From Octopus sinensis (lineage: Eukaryota), in contig NC_043020.1 of NCBI RefSeq assembly GCF_006345805.1, positions 11,718,001-11,782,000 of the forward strand: 64,000 nt of DNA, written 5' to 3'. The position numbers and the translations under genes are program-made. The notes beneath the pieces are model-generated. The model had not been told where the DNA came from. It saw only the letters and a list, made by a program, of their open reading frames with translations, and did no database searches. Positions 1 through 12,874 of the stretch are shown piece by piece. The first letter of the stretch is position 1, and each line of letters starts with the position of its first letter.

Positions 1-434
1 TGGCTCCAGTGCAGGTGGCACGTAAAAAGCACCCACTACACTCAGGGAGTGGTTGGCGTTAGGAAGGGCATCCAGCTGTAGAAACATTGCCAGATAAGAC
101 CAGAGCCTGGTGCAGCCTTCTGGCTTCCCAGATCCCCGGGCGAACCGTCCAACCCATGCTAGCATGGAGAACGGACGTTAAACGATGATGATGATGATGA
201 TTACCTTTGAATCTAGACTTGGGGGGTCAAACAACAGAGAGCGAGGAATAAATGACATCTAAAGGGTACGTGTCCAATTTTGCTTTCCTTTAAAAATCGG
301 CACAAAATTTCCGGACAACCCAATACTTATCACAGCTTAGTGCTCTCATCATGTAATGAACTGAGACTGTAGAGAACAGAAAAAAATACTGCAAAGCATT
401 TAGTCCAACGTCCCAACCACAACAATAGGGGATA

Positions 435-816
435 GGAAGCACTCTGTCGGTTACGACAATGTGGGTTCCGGTTGATCCGAATCAACGGAAAAGCTTGCTC
501 GTGAAATTAACGTGTAAGTGGCTGAGCACTCCACAGACACGTGTACCCTTAATGTAGTTCTCGGGGATATTCAGCGTGACACAGAGAGTGACAAGGCCGG
601 CCCCTTGAAATACAGGTACAACAGAAACAGGAAGTAAGAGTGAGAGAAAGTTGTGGCGAAAGAGTACAGCAGGGATCACCACCATCCCCTGCCGGAGCCT
701 CGTGGAGCTTTAGGTGTTTTCGCTCAATAAACACTCACAACGCCCGGTCTGGGAATCGAAACCGCGATCCTATGACCGCGAGTCCGCTGCCCTAACCACT
801 GGGCCATTGCGCCTCC
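435..816 (-). mobile_element. SINE family A (tRNA-like head GGAGGCGCAATGGCCCAGTGG, tail ...GTGCTTCC)
   Basis: A/B boxes; CACAACAATA on both flanks as probable TSD. Other copies: 32537-33007 (99-bp internal duplication), 34914-35298, 36009-36392, 36967-37352, 38921-39311 (all minus); 55181-55468 (+, different tail). Confidence 0.9.
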
Positions 817-896
817 TCACAACAATAACAACAAAATTAAAAAATATTATATATATGTAATTACATATTTTTTTCTTCTTTCATTGAAAGATTTCA

Positions 897-902
897 TTTA
901 TT
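897..902 (-). promoter_or_regulatory. Putative HROB polyadenylation signal AATAAA
   Basis: AATAAA on the minus strand about 40 nt after the stop codon. Hexamer is common in AT-rich DNA, so uncertain. Confidence 0.45.
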
Positions 903-940
903 ATAAATGTGTATTTTATCTCAGAAAGGAATATGAGTCT

Positions 941-987
941 TCAGAATATGTCTTCTGATATTTGTGACAGAATATCATCACTAAGAT
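941..987 (-). CDS. HROB: HROB terminal coding exon 8 (DLSDDILSQISEDIF*)
   Basis: Long pyrimidine tract ...ttttctttttag|, phase 1; resembles the vertebrate C-terminal DDLDGLLSELPEDFF motif (recalled); TGA at 943-941. Confidence 0.9.
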
Positions 988-1736
988 CTAAAAAGAAAAA
1001 AGAGAAAGAAAAATCAGCAAAAATACAAAAACTTTAAAACATTAAAATCATATAAACATACTGTTACTACTACTGACATTGGTTTCAAATTTCTTTATTG
1101 CCCACAGGGGGCTAAACAAGGACAGACAAAGGGATTAAGTCGATTACATTGACCCCAGTGCATAACTAATACTTATTTAATCAACCCTGAAAGGATGAGA
1201 GGCAAAGTTAACCTCAGTGGAATGTGAACTCAGAATGCAGCAGCAGACGAAATACTTATTTCTTTATTACCCTCAAGGGGCTAAACACAGAGAAGACAAA
1301 CAAAGACAGACAAATGGATTAAGTCAATTATACTGACCCCAGTGCGTAACTGGTACTTAATTTATCGACCCTGAAAGGACGAAAGGCAAAATCGACCTCG
1401 GCGGAATTTGAACTCAGAACGCAGCGGCAGATGAAATGCCGCTAAGCATTTCGCCCGGTGTGCTAACGATTCTGCCATCTCACTGCCCTGGAAATAAACA
1501 ACCTAGCTTCTATGATAATGATGCTTCCTTACAACCATATGTAATGTTAAGAGAAGACTACAGAAACACGTCCTTACAAACACACATATAATGGGGTTTC
1601 TTTCAGTGTCCACCTATCAAATACACTCACAGGGCTTTGGTTTGCCTTAGACTATAGTAGAGGACACTTGCATAAGGTGCTGTGTAGTAGGATTGAACAC
1701 TGAGAGCACATCACTGGGAAGCAAGCTTCTTAACCA

Positions 1737-2099
1737 CTAGCACTATGACCTGGCAACGCCAGGTCATAGTGCTAGTGCATGCATATACAGCTGCGTGTGT
1801 GCACACATACACGCGAGTACTGTCTGACCAATCACATACAGCTAGCTGGCATTCAGTTGGGGTATCAAGTTTCGGGCATTTTGATTGGATTTTGGATAGA
1901 AAATTCATAAAAAAGTCACTTCTATTGATTTTTTAATGGCTTTGCGGGGTGACTGGGGAAATGTAAAGATGTGCACGACCACCCTTGGACGGTTTTGAAT
2001 GACCATAGAAAGTGCGAGCCTTCTAACTGAAAAATTGTGGATTTGTGTAAAGGACACATACACAGAGACATTTTGCCGTTTATATATATATATAGAAGA
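1737..2099 (-). mobile_element. Non-autonomous Helitron-like element, family H1
   Basis: Homologous to 50174-50533; terminal palindrome with perfect 20-bp arms. Confidence 0.85.
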
Positions 2100-3834
2100 T
2101 GTCTGTGCCTATATGTATCCTAGTTACCCTGGTGGAACTAAAGACCACAGCATATGGTGTGGAATGGTGGTTGTGTCAGGTGCCCAACCCTCAGCCATAA
2201 GGGAGAAGTAATTCATTCATATGAGATGGTTGGCGTTAGGAAGGGCATTCAGCTGTAGAAACATTGCCAGATCGTGGCCATTTGCCAGCCTCATCTGGAA
2301 CGTAAAAAGCACCCACTACACTCACGGAGTGGTTGGTGTTAGGAAGGGCATCGAGCTATAGAAACACTGCCAGATCAGATTGGAGCCTGGTGCAGCCTTC
2401 TGGCTTCCCAGACCCCAGTTGAACCGTCCAACCCATGCTAGCATGGAAAGCAGACGCTAAACAATGATGATGATGATGATGATATGTAAGTGGACAGTTT
2501 CTTGGTTGGGGACATTTGATAGAAAGTAACACAGACAGACTGTCACAGTGGGCAAACAGTGACAGAGTACATTTACCAAGTTCCACCCACAAGAATCAAG
2601 GTACAAGACACTTACCCAAGTGCACTGTAGAACCAAACTCAAAACCACATAGATGCAAAACAAACTTATTGACTGCAAAACTGTGCTAACAGCTTAGTAG
2701 ACTAATAAAAATTTAACCTTTTTATTATCATGTTTCTGTCTTTATATGCTGCCTTTGTATCAATTAATTTTTAAAATAATGAAATATTTAGATTTGACTG
2801 GCCTGGTGCAGCCTTCAGGCTTCCCAGACCCCAGTTGAACCGTCCAACCCATGCTAGCATGGAAAGCGGACGTTAAATGATGATGATGATGATGATGAAA
2901 GCCTCGTGTATAATCTGCATTTTTTCCCCCCAAAATTTAAAGGTCAAAATCCCTAGTGCGTACTTTATACGAAGTTTAAAATGAAAGTTATTTTCTAAGC
3001 AATGTCCGAGTCTCTATTTGCTGTCCAGCAATGTTTATTTAGACGCATTTTGTGATGTTGGGTGCGAAAATACCTTAAGCTAAGCCTGAAAGCAATGAAG
3101 TCATAAAAGAATCATCCATAACTTGCAATAAGCAACATTTATTAAACGTTATTACTGTTATTTCTTTATTTTCTGCAAACAAAATGCACAAAAAAGCTAC
3201 ATGTTTGCATTATGTTATATATACAATAATAATAAAGGATATTACTGTATACATTTTTACAAACCAAGGACGTTATATAGACCTCCTTGACTCAAGTTAG
3301 AGAAGGGGTGCGTATTATACACAAGGTTTAGGTTTTACAGAGGTACAACCCCCTAAAAATCCCCTGCGTATTATACTCAAAGGCGGACTATACTCGAGGA
3401 TTTACGGCATTATAACTTTCTCATTATCAAGTTGGGGGTCTGGAACAATTTAGCTTAAAATTTTGATGGAAGATTATAATTTAGACCTTTTAAAAGCAGT
3501 AAGTTTATGTCACAGAAACTGGGGTGCTGTCAAGCAAGTGGACATCGAAAGGGTTAAATGTTTTAACAACTAATGCAATGCAATGCCAGGGGCAAGATAT
3601 GACCCTCTGACTCTTTGGCTGGTACTCTCTCTCTTTCAGAGAGGCACTGAGCAGCTATACGCACACATACACACACGGCAGTAACTTCCACCTACCGAAT
3701 TCAATCACAAAGCTCCGGTCGGGTCGGGGCTATAGAAGAAGACACCTGCCCAAAGTGCCATGCAGTGGGACTGAACCTGAAACCATGTAGTTAGGAAGCA
3801 AGCTCCCTAACCACACAGCCATGCTTGTCTCATA

Positions 3835-4219
3835 CTCTTTTACTTGTTTCAGTCATTTGACTGCGGCCATGCTGGAGCACCACCTTTAGTCGAGCAAATC
3901 AACCCCAGGACTTATTCTTTGTAAGCCTAGTACTTATTCTATCGGTCTCTTTAGCCGAACCGCTAAGTAACGGGGACATAAACACACCACCGTCGGTTGT
4001 CAAGCAATGGTGGGGGGGGGGGACAAACACAGACACACAAACACATATATATATACGATGGGCTTCTTTCAGTTTCTGTCTACCAAATCCACTCACAAGG
4101 CATTGGTCGGCCCGGGGCTATAGTAGAAGACACTTGCCCAAGATGCCACGCAGTGGGACTGAACCCGGAACCATGTGGTTGGTAAACAAGCTACTTACCA
4201 CACAGCCACTCATGCGCCT
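3835..4219 (-). mobile_element. SINE family B, full length (head AGGCGC..GGCTGTGTGG, central CA/TA microsatellite, tail AAACAAGTAAAAGAG)
   Basis: Most abundant SINE in the window. Other copies: 9922-10314, 17301-17716, 22194-22745, 24500-24868, 24904-25140, 30580-30935, 31938-32339, 33641-33870, 49465-49845, 54235-54420, 56373-56948, 61205-61545, 61776-62181. Confidence 0.92.
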
Positions 4220-4230
4220 ATATAAAAAAA

Positions 4231-4349
4231 TGCTTACAGCACCTAGGTTTCCCGAGCGGTCACCCATTTAAGTACTGACTAGGCTTGATGTTGCTTAACT
4301 TCGGTGATCAGACGAGAACCGGTGTTTTCAACGTGATATGGCCGTAAGC
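4231..4349 (-). rRNA. 5S rRNA: 5S rRNA copy (119 nt, probably degenerate) in the last HROB intron
   Basis: GCTTACGGCCATATCACGTTGAA...GGTGCTGTAAGCA; perfect helix I; followed by T7. Helix II has two C.A mismatches and the box C region reads TAAATGGG rather than the usual TGGATGGG. Confidence 0.9.
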
Positions 4350-4379
4350 CATATTATAGTAATAAAAGAAAGTGCTTAC

Positions 4380-5291
4380 CATCTTGCCATAAATCATCTT
4401 GAAATAATGTTTCCTTGTTATCCATTGAATCACCATTCTGACAAGGTGTTGGGTGTAGACGATACTTATCGACAGATGCCGTTGTGGAGTCTGAGTTTTT
4501 GTCACAAGACACTGGACCAGGAAGTTTCCCAAAAGAAGAGTTCCGGAGCTGACTCAATGCAGAATCCAACAAAGGATTATTTCTAGTATTTCCAGAAGGG
4601 TTTTTAAGGACCGGTTCCGGTGGCACTTTGGGGAGTGTCTTTGTAGATTTGAAACGCCAACGCGAGTTTGAGGACTGTGAGAGCAGCTCTTTCTTGTCAG
4701 AACTACTACTCTGAGACGAAGTAGCAGTCACAGGTGTTGCTCCAGCTAGTGTCAAGTTTGATCCAACTTTCCCAGCATTTGGTGTTGAACTTGCAATTCT
4801 CTGAAAGTTAATAACACGATGTGGTGGAGTTGATGATGTATCACAGATTGTACTTTGGGGGTTTATTGGCGTACTGGTAACCAAAGCATTCGGGGTCGAG
4901 ACACGAGAATGTGAAGGAGGGAAAGAGAAAGGCAAATGCGATGGACTCCCATTGAGAGGGTTCAGAGAGGATGGAAGTTTGGGGCTGTTTATCACAGATC
5001 CTTTTGGTAAAGGAGAACCACTTGTTTGAGGAGCCTTCGTGTTCTGTACAAGCCGAGCATTAGCGACAAGTTTCGAATAGCTTGTGTTGTTCTCCTGCCA
5101 GTGAATATCAACTTCCCCAGAAGTTAAGACACTGCATATTGACACAAGATTGTTGGTAGTAATGTTCAAATAGTGTGTTCTTGGTGTTGGACTAATCACA
5201 CCGACATTTTTCAGCACCATCACAGTACCGGGCTGAAGATAGTCTCTGTATTCTTTAACCAAGTTTCTGTGAACAGTTCCTTGTATGGTAC
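4380..5291 (-). CDS. HROB: HROB coding exon 7: rest of the OB-fold (GTIQGTVHR...HYLNITTNNLVSI) plus a long S/T/P-rich region
   Basis: Acceptor ttttttcag|, donor GATG|GTAAGC; 912 nt open frame, phase 1 to 1; strong match to the DUF4539/HROB core. Confidence 0.96.
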
Positions 5292-5341
5292 CTGAAAAAA
5301 TATGAACATAAATAGAAAACAGTAAGTTACAAAGTACACAT

Positions 5342-5763
5342 AGGTGCGCAGGAGTAGCTTGCTTACCAACCACATGGTTTCGGGTTCAGTCCCACTGCGT
5401 GGCACCATGGGCAAGTGTCTTCTACTATAGCCTCGGGCCGACCAAAGCCTTGAGTGGACTTGGTAGATGGAAACTGAAAGAAGCCCGTCGTATATATATA
5501 TGTATATATATATATGTGTGTGTGTGTGTGTATGTTTGTGTGTGTATGTTTGTGTGTCTGTGTTTGTCCCCACAACATTGCTTGACAACCGATGCTGGTG
5601 TGTTTACGTCCCCGTAACTTAGTGGTTCGGCAAAAGAGGCCGATAGAATAAGTACTAGGCTTCCAAAGAATAAGTCCTGGGGTCGATTTGCTCGACTAAA
5701 GGCGGTGCTCCAGCATGGCCGCAGTCAAATGACTTCAACAAGTAAAAGAGTAAGAGTAAAGAG
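5342..5763 (+). mobile_element. SINE family B, full length, inverted relative to 3835-4219
   Basis: Head at 5342, tail at about 5763; starts 50 nt from the HROB exon 7 acceptor. Confidence 0.92.
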
Positions 5764-5908
5764 CACAACCACACACACACCATCATTTTAACATGTTTTT
5801 CCATGCTTGCATGGGTCAAATGGAATTCCTTGAAAGATTTTCCACAGCCCGATGCTCTTCCCATTGCCAAAGCTCACCTACTTCCAAGCAAGGTAATATT
5901 TTCTTTCG

Positions 5909-6246
5909 GAGACCCCCTTCGGTCACGACACAGACCATGAGATTGCACCTAGAAAGTTACCCTCCTAGACACAAGTCCGGGTGAGGTTGTTTATGGAAGA
6001 CCAGCAGTCGCCCATGCATACCAGCCTCCCCTCTCCACACCACCAGTGTTATCCAAGGGAAAGACAAAGGTAAATACAGCTTGGCACCAGTGACGTCGCA
6101 ACTCATTTCTACAGCTGAGTGAACTGGAGCAACGTGAAATAAAGTGCCTTGCTCAAGAACACAACACGCAGCCCGCTCCGGGATTCGAGCTCACAACCTC
6201 ACGATTGTAAGCTCGACGCTCTAAACACTGAGCCATGCGCCTTCAC
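5909..6246 (-). mobile_element. SINE family D (tRNA head + CORE-like domain)
   Basis: GGCGCATGGCTCAGTG head, B box, GTGTTCTTGAGCAAGGCACTT...CTCCAGTTCACTCAGCTG segment resembling the CORE domain; relatives with another tail at 35407-35650 and 36501-36740. Confidence 0.75.
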
Positions 6247-7077
6247 TGAATATTTTCTTTAGGCCAAAGATATTTATGCAGAATATTGGAAAACGAATTA
6301 TATTGGTCAGAGTGGCTAACTGGCTTTCATGCCGGTGACACGTAAAAGGCACCATTCGAGCGTGATCGTTACCAGCATTGCCTTACTGGCACCTGTGCCG
6401 GTGGCGTGTAAAAAGATTCGAGCGAAGTCGTTGCCAGTACCGCCTGATTGGCCCCCGTGCTGGTAGCATGTAAAAGCACCCACTACACTCTCGGAGTGGT
6501 TAGCATTAGGAAGGGCAGCCAGCTGTAGAAACTCTGCCAGATCAAGATTGGAGCTTGGTACAGCCATTGGCTCGCCAGCCCTCAGTCAAATTGTCCAACC
6601 CATGCTAGCATGGAAAGCAGACGTTAAACGACGACGACGATGATGATTGACACTTGTTAACAAATATTGTCCAAAGTCTAGAAAAGGAGACACAAACACA
6701 CACATAGAGAATGGGTTTCTTTCAGTTTCTGTCTACCAAATCAACTTATAAGGATTTGGCTGGAACAGGGCTATAAAAGAAGACACTTGTTCAAGGTGAC
6801 AAACAAAAGGAGTGAACCCTAAATCATGTGGTTGGGAAGTATATTTCTAAGCCACACAGTCATACCTATATATATATATATAGATAGATATATATATATC
6901 CGAAATCTGAGTCATGCTTATGGATTAAATCACCTAGTCTTACGTTACATCATATCATATTTTTTTATCTTTGGTCTCAAGTTCCTCTTGAGCTCTTCTA
7001 AGTGAAAACCTTAACTTTGTGAGAGAATTTCTGATTAATTATATTCTTTCTCGTAACAATTATATATATATACATAT

Positions 7078-7159
<82 letters not shown>

Positions 7160-8299
7160 ATTTCAAACAATGTGAGGGTAAAATTAATTAATTAATCAAT
7201 TTCACCAAGTATTCAGTATGCAAAGGGACCATTTAAGCGAATTCAATTATTACATCATCATCATCATCATCACATCATCATTTAGCGTCCGTTTTCCATG
7301 CTAGCATGGGTTAAAAGGGCTTAGTAAAATAATAATATATATATATATGTATATACACACACATATGTATGTATTTCATAAGTGTCTCATTTAGCCAGCT
7401 GACAGCCGTCTCACATTCAGAAATGATACTGAGACAGCAATACAGCATTGGCTTTAAGATCAAAAGCTTATACAACACTTGTGCCACACACATCATCATC
7501 ATCGTTTAACGTCTGCCTGCCACGCTAGCATGGGTGGGACTAACACACACGCAATGAACTAGTGGCTTTAGTTCAAATATCTTATCAGGCTTTTGCTCAC
7601 GACAGCATGTAATAAATGGATAAATACTCTCTCTCTCTCTATAATATATATATATATATATATGTATATGTATGATGACTGAAATCCTTGCTAGTGAAGC
7701 GCTAAGAGCACCATCCGAGCATGATCGTTGCCAGAGCAGCTAACTGGCTTCCGTGCCGGTGGCACATAAAAAGCACCATTTGAGCGTGATCATTGCCAGT
7801 GCCGCTGAATTGGCTCCTGTGCAGGTGGCACATAAAAAACACCACTCGAGTGTGGCCGTTGCCAGAACTACCTGACTGGCCCTCATGCCGGTGGCACGTA
7901 AAAGCACCCACTACACTCTTGGAGTGTTTGGCATTAGGAAGGGCATCCAGCTGTAGAAACTCTGCCAGATCAAGATTGGAGCTTGGTGCAGCCATCTGGT
8001 TTGCCAGTCCTCAGTCAAATCATCCAACCCATGCTAGCATGGAAGGCGGACGTTAAACGATGATGATGATACATATATTCTTTTACTTGTTTCAGCCATT
8101 TGACTGCGGCCATGCTGGAGCACCGCCTTTAGTCGAGCAACTCGACCCCGGGACTTATTCTTTTTGTAAGTCCAGTACTTATTCTATCGGTCTCTTTTTG
8201 CCAAACCGCTAAGTGACGGGGACGTAAACACACCAGCATCGGTTGTCAAGCAATGCTAGGGGAACAAACACAGACACACAAACACACACACATACATCA

Positions 8300-9083
8300 T
8301 CATCATCATCATTTAACGTCCGCTTTCCATGCTAGCATGGGTTGGACGGTTCAACTGGGGTCTGGGGAGCCCGAAGGCTGCACCAGTCCAGTCAGATCTG
8401 GCAGTGTTTCTACAGCTGGATGCCCTTCCTAACGCCAACCACTCCGAGAGTGTAGTGGGTGATTTTATGTGCCACCGACACAGGTGCCAGACGAGGCTGG
8501 CAAACGGCCACACTCGGATGGTGTTTTTTATGTGCCACCGACACAGGTGCCAGACGAGGCTGGCAGACGTCCACGCTCGGATGGTGTTTTTATGTGCCAC
8601 CGACACAGGTGCCAGATGAGGCTGGCAAACGGCCACGATCGGATGGTGTTTGTTACGTGCCCACAGCACGGAGGCCAGTCGATGCGGTACTGGCTACGGC
8701 CACGTTCGGATGGTTTTCTTGTGTGCCACATGCCACCGGCACTGGTACCACAAAGATACAAATTCCATTGATGTTCATCTATTTTGATTTGTTTTGATTT
8801 GATTTTCACTTGCCTCAACAGGTCTTCACAAGTGTCACAAGAAGGAAGGTAAGCACAGGTGGACTGACTACGTCCCAGGTAGGGGCCACGGGTTATGGCC
8901 TGACTAGTCTTGCCGGGTCTTCGGATGGTGTTTTTATGTGCCACTGACATAGGTGCCAGATGAGGCTGGCGAACGGCCACGATCGGATGGTGTTTGTTAC
9001 GTGCCCACAGCACGGAGGCCAGTCGATGCGGTACTGGCTACGGCCACGTTCGGATGGTTTTCTTGTGTGCCACCGGCACTGGT
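8300..9083 (-). mobile_element. RTE LINE 3' UTR fragment inserted into a SINE B copy
   Basis: Same 3' UTR modules and (GAT)n tail; SINE B halves lie at about 8089-8295 and 9100-9280. Confidence 0.9.
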
Positions 9084-9329
9084 ACCACAAAGATACAATA
9101 CATACATATATATACGACAGGCTTCTTTCAGTTTCCGTCTACAGAATCCACTCACAAGGCATTGGTCGGCCCAGGGCTATAGTAGAAGACACTTGCCCAA
9201 GATGCCACGCAATGGGACCGAACCCGGAACCATGTGGTTGGTTAGCAAACTACTTACCACACAGCCACTCCTGCGCCTATATATATATTTCTTGAATACA
9301 AAGCGGAAGTGTCTTATGGATATTCTTAC

Positions 9330-9438
9330 CTGTCTTGTCTCGAAGGTGAACACTGGCATCAAGATTGCTAAAGTCAATTGCATCCAGGATTGAGAAGAGC
9401 AACAATACTTTACCTTGACACAGCAGCTTTTTACCTGC
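9330..9438 (-). CDS. HROB: HROB coding exon 6 (AGKKLLCQGKV...LDASVHLRDKT), start of the OB-fold
   Basis: Acceptor aatccag|, donor ACAG|GTAAGA; DASVxxxDxTG motif; phase 0 to 1. Confidence 0.93.
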
Positions 9439-11833
9439 CTGGATTCCAAGACAGAAAACAAATCGAGATCAAATGGGGGAAATAACAACGGCAGGAATAA
9501 CAACAAACATAGAATCAGTAAACAGCTGGCATGGATTGGATAGTTTGACCAGAGCTGGCAAGCTGTACCCAACTCCAGACTGATTTGGCATAGTTTCTAT
9601 AGCTGGATGCCCTTCCTAATGCCAAATATCTCCATAGATATTCATGTTTCCCCATCTCATCACCCTTATTGTAATGAGATGAGGAGAGGGGAATGCGAAA
9701 GTAGAGATGATATGAGACCAGCCAGCCAGCCAGCTCTGAGGGGCAGAAACTATTATAGTGACACTAAAAAAGGTTTGTCCTAACCATACAAAATCTTCCT
9801 ACCAGCTACTCCTTATCCGCGATGGTTCCATAAGTAGCATTGCTGCCTTTAAAACCATCAAGTTTGCTTTCAGCCCCAAACCAAACAACAGTAGCAATTA
9901 CTGAGTACAAATAGTTAACTACTCTTTACTCTCTTTTACTTGTTTTAGTCATTTGACTGCGGCCATGCTGGAGCACCGCCTCTAGTCGAGCAAATCGACC
10001 CCGGGACTTATTCTTTGTAAGCCCAGTACTTATTCTATCGGTCTCTTTTGCTGAACCGCTAAGTGACGGGGACGTAAACACACCAGCATCGGTTGTCAAG
10101 CAATGCTAGGGGAACAAACACATACATATATATATATATATACATATATACGACAGGCTTCTTTCAGTTTCCATCTACCAAATCCACTCACAAGGCATTG
10201 GTCGGCCCCGGGCTATAGCAGAAGACACTTGCCCAAGATACCACGCAGTGAGACTGAACCAGGAACCATGTGGTTGGTTAGAAAGCTACTTACCACACAG
10301 TTACTCCTGCGCCTAGTGGAAGAAAAAAATCGTCGTCGTCATCATCATCATCATCAGAGGGAAGATGTGGAAGATGGGGACCCAGGGAGAAATGGGATGA
10401 AGTACTGAAGGCCGATCTCAAACCACTGAGCCTTATAAAGGAGATGACAGAGGACCAAAATGTGACACAATGCTCTACTTGAGACGACCCGCCCACCACA
10501 ACACAACTGAGATCTTAAAAACAAGGGGTCATGTAAGAAGCACTCAGTATACTTTGTAAAGGGGTCAGCATTAGGAAGGGCATCCAGTTGTAGAAACCAA
10601 GCCAAAACTGACTGTGGTACCTGGTGCGGCCCCTGGTCTTGTCAGTTCCGGTCAAGCCATCCAACCCATGCCAGCATGGAAAACGGATGTTAAATGTCAA
10701 TGATAATGATTATGTTGCATAGGTTGAATGGTTTGACAGTATCCAGTGAACTGCTGGGCTGTGGTGAGCTCCAATGTCTGCTGTGGCTTGGCCCCTACAG
10801 TTGGATATTCTTCTTAAAGCCAACCACTGTACTGAGTGCATTTTATGTGGCACCAACACTAGTGATTCATCAAGCAGATGCAAGAGCCCCTTTAAATGAG
10901 TGGAGAGGGTTTAGGGGAAATTATATTAAGGCGGCGAGCTGGCAGAAACGTTAGTGCGCCGGGCGAAGTGCTCAGCGGTATTTTGTCTGTCGTTATGTTC
11001 TGAGTTCAAATTTCGCCGAGGTTGACTTTCCCTTTCATCCTTTCGGGGTCGATAAATAAAGTACCAGTTTCGCACTGGGGTCGATGTAATTGACTTACAC
11101 CTTTGACTGTCCTTGTTTGTTCCCTCTATGTTTAGCCCCTTGTGGGTAGTAAAGAAATATATATTAAGGTAGGTGACACTATAAGTGGAGGCATGAGGCT
11201 TAGTGGTTAGCCACGGTTGTGGCTCCTTGGGCAAGTGTTTTCTACTACAGCCTCAGGCCGACCAAAACCTTGTGAGTGGATTTGGTAAATAGAAACTGAA
11301 AAAAAATGCATGAATGTATGTGTGTGTGTGTGTGTGTGTCCTTGTCTTGACATTGTAAAGAAGTTGTAAACAAGTATAGCCAACAGTTAAGCAATGCCAT
11401 TCTTTTCCAATCTCCCGGGGAAACATGACTGGCTATAAGGGAATATATTACTTTGCTTGGAAAAAGACAAGGGTTGACAACAGGAAAGGCATCCAGCTAT
11501 AGACAATCTTCAGTTTCCGCCTACCAAATCCACTCACAAGGCTTTGACTGGCCTGAGGCTATAATAGAAGACACTTACCCAAGATGCCACGCACTGGGAC
11601 TGAACCTGAAACCATGAGGCTGGGAAGCCAACATTTTACCACACAGCTGTATCAGTGCCTGTTTATCAAAACTAGATTCAAACCAGCAACTCACAATAAC
11701 CCCAAATCACTGAAAATGCATGATGGTGGTCATGGTAGTGATGACAATGATGTTGTTGATGATGATGATGATGATGTGGCAGATGTTAGATGGTCACAAA
11801 AAGAGAGAGATGTTAGCTAAAAGGCTATCTTAC

Positions 11834-11968
11834 CCTGCGATGAATTTCTTTTATGGAGAACTTCTTTAGAATGTCAGAAGCTTCTTCTCCAAGATCTGAC
11901 ATCAGTTTTTTCCAAGGACTTTCATTAAAGGCTTCGTGTGTTTGGCTGGGGGTCAGTACGGCCACAGG
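11834..11968 (-). CDS. HROB: HROB coding exon 5 (PVAVLTPSQTHEAFNESPWKKLMSDLG...FSIKEIHRR)
   Basis: Acceptor tcctccctcctgcag|, donor AGG|GTAAGA; 135 nt; F-x-x-x-PW and SI motifs match HROB as recalled. Confidence 0.92.
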
Positions 11969-12185
11969 CTGCAGGAGGGAGGAAGAGAGAAAGAGAGAGA
12001 GAGATTGATAGGGTGTAAATAAATGGAAATAAAAGTATGAGTATTTGGGTGAGAGAGCCAGAATAAAAAGGAATGAGGGTGAAAAGGAGAGAGAGAGAAA
12101 TGAGAATATTCAAGAACTAGCAAATCAGTTGAGGGCTACATGTGTTGCTTCCATGTGGCTTTTCCTAAACACAAGAATTAGAAAG

Positions 12186-12279
<94 letters not shown>

Positions 12280-12325
12280 TGTTATCATGGTAAAAAACAA
12301 AGTGTTCAAACAAGTCATACATTAA

Positions 12326-12546
12326 CCCTTTAGCATTTATACTGGCCATATCCGGCCAGAAGTATTCTGCCTGTTTTATGTTCAAACTGGCCAGATCTGG
12401 TCTCTCACACCAACCCTACAATACCGTTTTAAAATTAACAGCTACCTCATCAAAATCTCATAGCTACAAGAATAATGCTTGATTAGTTCAAAACAATTTA
12501 GATAAAAAAGCATTAATTTTGGCAGAATAATGCGAACACTAAAGGG
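12326..12546. mobile_element. piggyBac-like MITE family P2 (TTAA|CCCTTTAG...CTAAAGGG|TTAA)
   Basis: TTAA TSD and TIRs; second copy at 57417-57637. Confidence 0.8.
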
Positions 12547-12874
12547 TTAAACTGACCATATCCAGCCAAAATAATCCACCTGTTTTATCTTCAAGCCAGC
12601 CAGAACTGGCCTCTCACACTTACTCCAAAGCTACAAGGTAACAAATTCATATGAATGTGAATAAATAAGCTTTGCATTTGACAGAGAAATCCGAACACTC
12701 AAGGATTAAAATTGTCAAATAAGAGCATCTGGAATAATAGAATGAATAAGCTAACAGCACTTTTGGAAATTACTAGACTACTTGTGACCCGTTGAATCAC
12801 CTGGAAAGCCTGAGTTACTCAACAATGGAGTTTTGCTTCATGGGTTTTATTTTTCTTTCCTATGTTATTTCGCA

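Noticed and set aside
482-734. Recurrent 60-100 aa ORFs (MVVIPAVLF..., MLGGQTQTH...)
   Set aside because: They recur because they lie within SINE families A and B; there is no sign of protein-coding function.
2616-2690. Possible extra minus-strand exon with a GTAAGT donor in the last HROB intron
   Set aside because: Exon 7 already joins exon 8 in frame; there is no homology and the acceptor is weak.
6970-7005. Hammerhead-like stem (CTCAAG/CTTGAG) on the minus strand
   Set aside because: Both core segments are mutated and there is no stem III or stem I; at most a dead remnant.
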